Source: an uncultured Candidatus Melainabacteria bacterium (GTDB lineage Bacteria > Cyanobacteriota > Vampirovibrionia > Obscuribacterales > Obscuribacteraceae). Taken from it: DNA of 64,000 bases. The number at the start of each line of letters is the position of its first letter. The first letter of the stretch is position 1. The notes under the pieces are model-generated. The model made no database searches, was not told where the DNA came from, and saw nothing but the letters and a program-made list of their open reading frames with translations. Shown here one piece after another: positions 55,608 through 64,000 of this stretch. Made by a program: the position numbers and the translations under genes. The stretch lies in the NCBI GenBank assembly GCA_937879965.1, contig CALFMP010000054.1:148909-212908 (forward strand). Direction: 5' to 3'.

Positions 55608-57089
55608 ATGACGTCGGAATTAGACGATTCAAGGCTTAGGCAAGAAAGACTGCGCAAACTGGAGCAGTTGAAGGAGCAGGGAGTAAATCCCTATCCGTAC
55701 AGCTTCACCCGCACTCACAAGGCTGTGGAACTGCAAGAGAAATACAAAGACCTCCCGGCTGACACCGAGACTGAGGATGTCGTGCGCGTTTGCGGCAAAG
55801 TTCTCAACGAGAGAAATACCTGGATGTTCGTAGATTTGTACGACGACTCCGGCAAAATCCAGCTTTTCTGCCACAAGCAGAACATTCCGGAAGAAGAGCT
55901 GAAGCGCTTGAGACTGCTCGATAAGGGCGATTTCCTTGGTGCTGAAGGAACAATCCGCCGCACAAAACAAGGCGAGCTGTCAGTAAAAGTGACCAGCTAT
56001 GAGATTCTCGGCAAGACACTGCAACCGTTGCCGGACAGCTGGGATGGCTTCACCGATGTAGAAGCGCGCTACCGCCATCGCTACGTCGATATGATCATGA
56101 ACCCGAATGTGCGCGACACTCTAAGAAAGCGCAGCATCGCCATTCGCACTATTCGTGAGTTTCTCGACTCGCGTGGATGCATCGAAGTGGAAACACCGGT
56201 GTTGCAAGTTGAAGCCGGAGGCGCCGATGCACGCCCGTTCATCACGCATCACAACACTCTCGACATTGACCTTTATTTGAGAATTGCCACCGAACTTCAC
56301 CTGAAGAGAATGATCGTAGGCGGCTTTGAGCGCGTTTACGAAATCGGTCGCATTTTCCGCAACGAAGGCATCAGTACCAGACACAATCCGGAATTCACAA
56401 TGCTGGAGCTGTATTGGGCATATGGCGACTACAACCAACTTATGGATATGACCGAAGAATTGCTGCGCGAAACAGCAATGAAAGTGGCTGGGACACTCAA
56501 ACTAACATACCAAGGCGTAGATATAGATTTCGAAAAGCCATTCAAAAGATTGCGCATGAACGACGCAATCAAAGAAGCCACAGGACTGGATGTCGACTCG
56601 ATCAAAACATACGAAGAGATGAAAGCAGCCGCTGTCAAATTGGGCGGAGTTGACCTCACACACTGCGATACGCGTGGTCACGTGATCAACGCCATTTTCG
56701 AGCACAAGGCAGAATCAACGCTTATACAGCCGACCTTCCTAATCGACTACCCGGTCGAGATGTCGCCTTTGACCAAACCGCATCGCCAAAATCCTGGTGA
56801 GGTTGAGCGTTTTGAACTGTTTGCATATGGCAGAGAATTGGCCAACGGCTACAGCGAATTGACGGACCCACTGGATCAAAGAAGCAGACTGGAAGACCAA
56901 GCTGCCAAGAAAGCTGCAGGCAACGAGGAAGCAATGCCTCTGGACCTCGACTTCATCATGGCTATGGAATACGGAATGCCGCCCACCATGGGCATCGGCA
57001 TCGGAATCGACCGCCTGGTAATGCTGCTGACCGACAGCGCCTCAATTCGCGACGTCATTGCCTTCCCGACCATGAAACCGCGGGTTTAG
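55608..57089 (+). CDS. lysS: Lysyl-tRNA synthetase, class II
   Basis: OB-fold anticodon-binding region, then class II motifs (FRNEGIS...HNPEFTMLE; GIGIGIDRLVMLL). ATG at 55608 (AAGGGAG upstream) preferred over 55521 and 55584. Confidence 0.95.
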   Translation: MTSELDDSRLRQERLRKLEQLKEQGVNPYPYSFTRTHKAVELQEKYKDLPADTETEDVVRVCGKVLNERNTWMFVDLYDDSGKIQLFCHKQNIPEEELKRLRLLDKGDFLGAEGTIRRTKQGELSVKVTSYEILGKTLQPLPDSWDGFTDVEARYRHRYVDMIMNPNVRDTLRKRSIAIRTIREFLDSRGCIEVETPVLQVEAGGADARPFITHHNTLDIDLYLRIATELHLKRMIVGGFERVYEIGRIFRNEGISTRHNPEFTMLELYWAYGDYNQLMDMTEELLRETAMKVAGTLKLTYQGVDIDFEKPFKRLRMNDAIKEATGLDVDSIKTYEEMKAAAVKLGGVDLTHCDTRGHVINAIFEHKAESTLIQPTFLIDYPVEMSPLTKPHRQNPGEVERFELFAYGRELANGYSELTDPLDQRSRLEDQAAKKAAGNEEAMPLDLDFIMAMEYGMPPTMGIGIGIDRLVMLLTDSASIRDVIAFPTMKPRV

Positions 57090-57096
57090 GAATTAC

Positions 57097-57250
57097 GTAG
57101 GGGCGATACCGTGCATCGCCCGAAGCCGGCGAGCCGCCGGCGCCCCCAGGCGTTTTGCAGAACTCGCAGAAATCCGCTGTAGGGGCGGCATTCTTGCCGC
57201 CCGAAGCCGGCGAGCGGCCGGCGCTCCCAGGCGTTTTGCAGAACTCGCAG
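57097..57250. repeat. Tandem array of an 82-nt composite REP unit (about 1.9 copies)
   Basis: The unit is GTAGGGGCG..CGCCC hairpin, then GAAGCCGGCGAGC(C/G)GCCGGCGC(C/T)CCCAGGCGTTTTGCAGAACTCGCAGA. Copies start at 57097 and 57179. Confidence 0.9.
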
Positions 57251-57315
57251 ATCTTCGCTTTTGAACTGCGCTAAACTGAACTAAGTGCAGCTGCAAGTTT
57301 CCAGGAATTCCAGGC

Positions 57316-57801
57316 ATGGGACTTTTTCGCTTCTACTTCCACCAGGGAAAGCTCATTACTCCCAGTGTCTGCCAGACGGAAGCCGGTTTTTTCGTGGACC
57401 AGGGACCGCTTACGGTGACATCCGTAAAAGATCCGTCAAAGGTCCGCCAGGCGATTATCAAAGCATTTAATAAAGGCAACATCGTCATACCCACGCCGGA
57501 TGGCTCGGAAGCCGCCGGATCGATCATTCTCGAAAGGCTGGTCATCGACAGCTGGAGCAAGTTCGAAAAAGATGCCGTCCTTTATACGGTTCACTTGGGG
57601 GGGCGATATACGACCTTTCACGTGACTGGTCGCAAAGATGACGGTATGTGGACGATGGATGAAAGCACGACACGCAAATTCGACTGCAAAGCCACCTATG
57701 ACACGCTCGCCGAAGCAATAATTGAAGACGTCAGGCGGCAGTCACTGCCCAAACCGGAGTCAGTAAAGCCGATGCTGCTGCTGCCGAAAATCGACGCTTA
57801 G
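57316..57801 (+). CDS. Hypothetical protein
   Basis: 161-aa ORF with coding-like composition. No family recognised. Confidence 0.5.
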   Translation: MGLFRFYFHQGKLITPSVCQTEAGFFVDQGPLTVTSVKDPSKVRQAIIKAFNKGNIVIPTPDGSEAAGSIILERLVIDSWSKFEKDAVLYTVHLGGRYTTFHVTGRKDDGMWTMDESTTRKFDCKATYDTLAEAIIEDVRRQSLPKPESVKPMLLLPKIDA

Positions 57802-57910
57802 TGCACGAACGTTGACGGGCGAACGGTGGTCACCGAGGAGGCGTCCGAAGAGAGTTTAGGTGCGCAAGGAGGGCAGCGCGCAGCAAAGCCCGGAGCGCTT
57901 GCACAAAACT

Positions 57911-58007
57911 CGCACGCAATGCGCCCCTACGCCGATTCCGAACGAAAAAGGGCGCATGCAATGCGCCCCCACGCTAATCAATGCGCCCCCACGCTAATCA
58001 ATGCGCC
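57911..58007. repeat. REP-like cluster with an internal 21-nt tandem duplication
   Basis: GCAATGCGCCCCTAC, GGGCGCATGCAATGCGCCCCCACGCTAATCA, then a repeat of ATGCGCCCCCACGCTAATCA. Lies between convergent genes. Confidence 0.8.
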
Positions 58008-58027
58008 TGACCACTCGTAGCGTCTGA

Positions 58028-58351
58028 TTACTCGTCGCCTTCGGCTTCGTCTTCGCTCATGCGAGCGAGTTCTTCGACGTGTGCGACTACTTTGTCAAAC
58101 TCTTCATCGCTTTCGATAGTCTGGAAAATAGACTGATCGTCGCGTTGGATAAGGCGCATGATGACGAGCGAACCATCGTCTTCATCATCAGCCTTCGACT
58201 CGCCCTTTTCGCCGCCCATCTTCAGAAGCAGCGCATATTCCTGTTCTTCGAAATCGAATATGTCAAGGATCTGACATGTATACGACTGACCATCTTCTCC
58301 CTCAAGAGTGATCATCGCTTCTTCAGATTGTGCAGGGGCTTCGTTGCTCAT
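58028..58351 (-). CDS. DUF1292-family small acidic protein
   Basis: 107 aa. The pattern ITLEGEDGQSYTCQILDIFDFEEQEYALLL ... LVIMRL is typical of DUF1292/UPF0473 proteins. Confidence 0.7.
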   Translation of the reverse strand: MSNEAPAQSEEAMITLEGEDGQSYTCQILDIFDFEEQEYALLLKMGGEKGESKADDEDDGSLVIMRLIQRDDQSIFQTIESDEEFDKVVAHVEELARMSEDEAEGDE

Positions 58352-58396
58352 TGTTCCGTCTTATCCTTTATAAGCCAAGTTGCCGGCCGTTTCAGC

Positions 58397-59455
58397 CTAG
58401 TCCTTACGGATACCTGCAAGCGCCGCGAGCTTCTTCAGCTCTTCTTCTGTTCCCAGCGCGATCAGGATATCTCCGCTACAAAACACCTGGTCCGGCAGCG
58501 GATTGGTTATCAGCTTACCACTTTGATTTAGCGCCAAGATCATCGCCCCAGACTGTTGTTTTATATTTGCATCCTTTAAAGATTTGCCGACAAGCACGCA
58601 ATTCTCGCTCAGATTGACCTGGTCGATGCGCAGGTCGTACTCGGGAGCGTGCATTACAACGTCGAGAAATTCAGTTACAAGCGGATGTGTAACCGCGGTA
58701 GCCATCCTCCGTCCGGCAATTACATATGGCGAAATCACCATGTTTGCGCCAGCCCGCCGGAGCTTCGATTCAGAGCCGGGATTAGCAGCTCTTGACACGA
58801 TCGTAACGTTGGCGTTGAGTTCCTTCGCCGACAACACAATAAATGTATTAGCTGCGTCATCGGGTAGACCGCATATAACACCTGCCGCTTTCTTGATTTG
58901 TGCCTGCAAGAGGATGTCGTCGGAAGTGGCGTCCCCCTCGATGACAAGCAGTTCAGCATCACGCGCACGCCGCGCCAACACCGGATCGGACTCGACAACA
59001 ACGAACGGTATTTTCTTGACCATGAAGTGATCCGTCACTTCTTGACCTGTTCGCCCCCAGCCGCAAACGATGTAATGGCCTGTAAGTTTGGCAATCTGGT
59101 CTTTCATGCGCCTGAGCTCGAAATTGAAACTAACGAACAGTTCTACCATGTCGCCAAGCACATACACGACTGTGGAGGCACCGGCAAAGATTACAAACAT
59201 TGCGAAGATTTTTCCGGCGTCGGTCAGCGGTCTGACTTCGCCATAACCGACAGTCGTGAGCGTGATTACAGTCATGAACAAAGCGTCAAGAATGCGCCAA
59301 TGTTCAATGAGCATAAACCCGAAAGTGCCCATGAGCACAAGGACAGCGACTGCGCCGACATCGCGCAAAATGCGTCGCGCGATGTTTCTTTTATGAAGCC
59401 TTTTTATTCGAGCCGCTGATTTACGAGAGTCCACGAATGATTTATGAGGGGACAC
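58397..59455 (-). CDS. Potassium channel with RCK (TrkA-N/TrkA-C) domains
   Basis: Two TM helices flank the selectivity filter TTVGYGE. A Rossmann-like RCK-N (IVCGWGRTG) is followed by an RCK-C. Confidence 0.85.
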   Translation of the reverse strand: MSPHKSFVDSRKSAARIKRLHKRNIARRILRDVGAVAVLVLMGTFGFMLIEHWRILDALFMTVITLTTVGYGEVRPLTDAGKIFAMFVIFAGASTVVYVLGDMVELFVSFNFELRRMKDQIAKLTGHYIVCGWGRTGQEVTDHFMVKKIPFVVVESDPVLARRARDAELLVIEGDATSDDILLQAQIKKAAGVICGLPDDAANTFIVLSAKELNANVTIVSRAANPGSESKLRRAGANMVISPYVIAGRRMATAVTHPLVTEFLDVVMHAPEYDLRIDQVNLSENCVLVGKSLKDANIKQQSGAMILALNQSGKLITNPLPDQVFCSGDILIALGTEEELKKLAALAGIRKD

Positions 59456-59559
59456 TAAGTGTCGATCATACTGAAAGTAACATAAACGAGCCCTCCTATC
59501 GAGCCTTTAGCCTTTATCCTTAGCAGGTAAACTCAGGCTTCTCGTAAAAGCCTTTATAG

Positions 59560-61029
<1,470 letters not shown>

Positions 61030-61042
61030 TTCGAATACTTGC

Positions 61043-61768
61043 ATGAAAAAGAAGAATCAGGAAGCTACAAACGAAAAACCGCAAACGCCTGCGGCTCCAA
61101 AACCGAGTAATCGAGACATTTTTGTCTTCGGCCGGTTGGAAAACGAAGTGGCGCTACCGGTAATTCGTCGCATCCTGAAATTGAATCAGAGCGATCCGAC
61201 AAAACCGATCAATCTGTATATCAATTCTTCCGGCGGCAACGGCTACAACGCTGACGCTATCATCGCAATCATGTCTCAAATCGAGGCGAAGGTTAACACC
61301 ATCTGCCTTGGTCACGCTTTATCCGGTGCTTGTGAAATTTTGGCAGCCGGCACCGGTGAGCGTGTGGCATACGAATTTGCCACTTTGATGTTCCACCAAA
61401 CGCTCTGGGAAGCTGATGGTGACATCACCAATTTGGAAATTCAAGCCGCTCAGGGACAGCGTTTTCGCAATGCACAAATCGAAGTTTTGCACCGCTGCAC
61501 GGGACAAAGCAGAGAACGCCTTCGCAAAGACATCGAGCGCGATCATTATATGACTGCGCAAGAAGCTCTCGAATACGGGATGATCGATCGCATTTGCGCT
61601 CACAAGAAAAAGAGCAAAAGTGATAAGGCATCTTCGAATCACAAGAATCACGAACACAAAGGACTGGACTTGATCGCCGAATCGACAGTCAAAGGTGTAA
61701 AACAACAAAAATTGGCATCAGCTCTTGCAATGAAGAAGAAAACAGCAAGAGCAAAGAAAGGCAAATAA
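61043..61768 (+). CDS. ClpP/ClpR-like serine protease family protein with a basic C-terminal tail
   Basis: ClpP-collinear core: LYINSSGGN, ICLGHALSGA (Ser), LMFHQT (His), DIERDHYMTAQEALEYGMIDRI (Asp). N-terminal ~25-aa and C-terminal ~55-aa Lys-rich extensions. Confidence 0.8.
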   Translation: MKKKNQEATNEKPQTPAAPKPSNRDIFVFGRLENEVALPVIRRILKLNQSDPTKPINLYINSSGGNGYNADAIIAIMSQIEAKVNTICLGHALSGACEILAAGTGERVAYEFATLMFHQTLWEADGDITNLEIQAAQGQRFRNAQIEVLHRCTGQSRERLRKDIERDHYMTAQEALEYGMIDRICAHKKKSKSDKASSNHKNHEHKGLDLIAESTVKGVKQQKLASALAMKKKTARAKKGK

Positions 61769-61780
61769 GAGGACGGTTCA

Positions 61781-62296
61781 ATGACTGCTGGCACAATGTT
61801 TCTCAAAATCATCACTCCTGAGCGCATCGTTTTAGAAGCGCCCGTGAAAAAAGTGACTGCCCGAGCAGTTGATGGAGAGTTGACCATATTGCCCGACCAC
61901 GAGCCAATCGTCACTGCACTCGCAATCGACATCGTCGAATTCCAAGGCGAAAGCTCATTTGATACCGCCGCCGTCATCGGTGGTGTCATGGAAGTGAAGA
62001 AGGGCGAAGATGCGCTCAAAGAAAGAAGCGCCAGAGAAAAAGAGACTAAAGAAAAAGAGCTGGACAACATCATTCCGGATGCGACTTACGTAACCATTGT
62101 CAGCAACATGGCTGAACTCGACACTGAAATCGACGAAGCCAGAGCGAAACAAGCGAAAGATCGCCTCGAGGCAGAAAAGACGCAGAAGACCGACAAGCTC
62201 GAAGTTCAAGTCGCAGAAATGGCATTGTCCAGAGCGATGGCACGACTCAAAGCAGTCGAACTCACCAAGCGCAGAAAAGGCGGTCACAACCGCTAG
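61781..62296 (+). CDS. atpC: F1 ATP synthase epsilon subunit with an internal charged insertion
   Basis: N-terminal beta-sandwich pattern (IITPERIVLEAPVKKVTARAVDGELTILPDHEP...) and C-terminal helical hairpin. A ~29-aa K/E-rich insert follows GGVMEV. Confidence 0.85.
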   Translation: MTAGTMFLKIITPERIVLEAPVKKVTARAVDGELTILPDHEPIVTALAIDIVEFQGESSFDTAAVIGGVMEVKKGEDALKERSAREKETKEKELDNIIPDATYVTIVSNMAELDTEIDEARAKQAKDRLEAEKTQKTDKLEVQVAEMALSRAMARLKAVELTKRRKGGHNR

Positions 62297-62384
62297 GAAG
62301 CAAAGCAGAGATGCCCTGCTGCCGCGACACGCATTGGGCGACGCTGCAGCGAAGCTCCGGAGGGGCTACCCTGCCGCGAGTCTC

Positions 62385-62449
62385 GTAGGGGCGATGCCAT
62401 GCATCGCCCGGTTAGAACGATTCGACAGGGCGCAGTCAATGCGCCCCTG
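62385..62449. repeat. REP-like hairpin pair
   Basis: GTAGGGGCGATGCCATGCATCGCCC and GGGCGCAGTCAATGCGCCCCTG. Lies between the convergent atpC and histidine kinase genes. Confidence 0.8.
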
Positions 62450-62559
62450 TTTTCAGCCTAAATCGGAACGCACCAGACCAAAGCTCAAAACTCACTCGAA
62501 AGTGTGATTTCTAGAAAAGGGTTACCCCTAAAGCGGCCCGAATAGTGAGAATTTATCGG

Positions 62560-63777
62560 TTACTTTCTCGGCAAGCTGATACTGAATGTCGCGCCCTCGC
62601 CATCTACGCTCGAGCATTCGAGGGTTCCACGATGCAAGTTAACGATGTTCTTCGTCAGATACAAGCCAAGACCAGTACCTATCTGGTTCTCAACATCTCT
62701 CTTTCCCTGCCAGAATTGCTCAAATAGCTTCTCCCTTTGTTCGAATGGAATTCCCCTACCAGAATCACGAACCGAGAGACGGACCGTCTCATTATCGAAT
62801 TCACCAAAGACCTCAATATAGCCATCTTCAGGCGTGAATTTGATTGCATTATCGATCAAGTTGAAGAGAGCTCTTCGCAGCAAAATCGCATCGGCTTGAA
62901 TATCAGGAAATGACGCTGCAATTTCCAGTTTTGCAAGCTGGCGTTTCGATGCCATATGAAACGAAAACTCTCCCAGGATTGCGTGCAACAATGCAACCAG
63001 ATTGACTTGCTTGAGCTGAGGAACCAGCGCACCGGAGTGATGCTTGTAGGTATCGAGCAAATTCCAAATCATATGCAGCATAAAGTTGTTGCTGCTATGA
63101 ATTTGCTGAAGCAAGGGCTGTTGATCTTCAGGACTCACCCCGCCGGACAATATCGCTTCAAGGATGCGATTGACTCCTATCAATGGGTTCTTCAGGTCGT
63201 GAGTCAAGGACGCCACAAAGTCATCCCGCTGGCGAAGCAATTCATTCAACTCACTGTTGGTTTCTATCAGTTGGAGGTTTCGTTTCTCCAATTCGACAGT
63301 TTTGCTCTCGGAGAGCTCATTCAAGATGACGAGTTCAGCAGTAATTCGAGACAATTCCAACGCCGAAGAAGCGAGCTGCGCACTACGTTCGACTAAGTCG
63401 ACGTGGCGATGTTGGAGCTCCGCTTTGCCATCAGCAATCGTCAGCTGGGAAATTCTGTTTTCTTCGTCTTTGGTCTGTAGTAAATCAGTTGCTTCCTGCA
63501 CTTGTTGTCGCTCATGCAACAGAGCAACGTTCGTCTCTGTGAGCAGCTCCCGAGTCAGGCTCAAGTCTTTCTGATTGGACTCAAGGGACCTAGAAGCAAG
63601 TGCAAGTTGTGTATTCGTATCGGCCAGACCGCTCTTCGTTTTGTTCAGTTCGGCGACTTTGTCTTTAAGCTCCTTCAGCGCGCTATCGCGCTCTATCGTA
63701 CGTGCACTTAGCGCAGCCTTAGTTTCGCTAAGAACCTTTAGCAAGTCTTCTGACACAGAGACACCATATTTGCGCAA
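62560..63777 (-). CDS. Histidine kinase with a long N-terminal coiled coil (no TM segment seen)
   Basis: TTG start. About 190 aa of heptad-like, Leu/Glu/Gln-rich sequence, then the H-box FVASLTHDLKNP, N-box LIDNAIKFT, and G-boxes RDSGRGI and GTGLGL. Confidence 0.85.
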   Translation of the reverse strand: MRKYGVSVSEDLLKVLSETKAALSARTIERDSALKELKDKVAELNKTKSGLADTNTQLALASRSLESNQKDLSLTRELLTETNVALLHERQQVQEATDLLQTKDEENRISQLTIADGKAELQHRHVDLVERSAQLASSALELSRITAELVILNELSESKTVELEKRNLQLIETNSELNELLRQRDDFVASLTHDLKNPLIGVNRILEAILSGGVSPEDQQPLLQQIHSSNNFMLHMIWNLLDTYKHHSGALVPQLKQVNLVALLHAILGEFSFHMASKRQLAKLEIAASFPDIQADAILLRRALFNLIDNAIKFTPEDGYIEVFGEFDNETVRLSVRDSGRGIPFEQREKLFEQFWQGKRDVENQIGTGLGLYLTKNIVNLHRGTLECSSVDGEGATFSISLPRK

Positions 63778-63930
63778 TCAGCCCACTTTTCGATTTAATC
63801 ATGGAGGTGAATGTACAAGATATTACCCATTCGGGGGATTCACACACACCCTAACTGCAGACGTCTTGACGAATTTGCAGGTTGTTTTATGTAATAAGTG
63901 TACAAAGGGGACGGGGGGCAACTTGTCAAT

Positions 63931-64000
63931 ATGCCAAAGCGATTGGTAGAACACTTGAAGCGCTTAACGGAAGCGCGAAAACAGCTAGCAGAGCAGATAA
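63931..64000 (+). CDS. Possible 5' end of a CDS running off the window
   Basis: ATG at 63931, with the frame open to the end of the window (MPKRLVEHLKRLTEARKQLAEQI...). Too short to judge. Confidence 0.2.
   Translation, partial: MPKRLVEHLKRLTEARKQLAEQI

Overview
This is a 64 kb bacterial chromosomal window at about 50% GC. It is densely coding on both strands, and I recognised no rRNA, tRNA, CRISPR array, transposase or integrase by eye. A separate atpD-atpC unit and the overall gene content suggest a cyanobacteria-related, possibly non-photosynthetic lineage; this is inference only.

Housekeeping genes:
- hemL, lepA, metH, gyrA, lysS, atpD and atpC
- a fused homocysteine-methyltransferase/MTHFR gene
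- a cystathionine beta-synthase plus gamma-lyase pair
- the large subunit of an acyl-CoA mutase
- an NCS2 purine permease

Accessory content:
- a sugar-modification trio (GT2, DegT aminotransferase, SDR epimerase)
- many TPR proteins
- two-component and c-di-GMP signalling genes
- secreted repeat proteins

Most interesting locus (about 7.26-11.07 kb): three tandem paralogous secreted proteins share a roughly 75-aa C-terminal module. Each ends exactly in Cys-Gly-[Met/Arg]-Gly, and two have CxxCG[M/R]G. They sit immediately upstream of an MbnB-like DUF692 enzyme in which all metal-ligand motifs appear intact. A tiny 73-aa ORF is translationally coupled to that enzyme. I read this as a candidate, apparently undescribed, protein-scale RiPP-like cysteine-modification system related to methanobactin or bufferin.

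Other notable observations:
- a ClpP-like protease gene wedged between atpD and atpC
- an ATP synthase epsilon subunit with a charged insertion
- a papain-fold effector with an adjacent candidate immunity gene
- lepA translationally coupled to a SUFU-like gene
- a structured roughly 480-nt non-coding region downstream of metH with a tmRNA-tag-like mini-frame, class unresolved
- a dispersed family of GC-rich palindromic REP-like hairpins at eleven gene 3' ends, several arranged as tandem composite arrays
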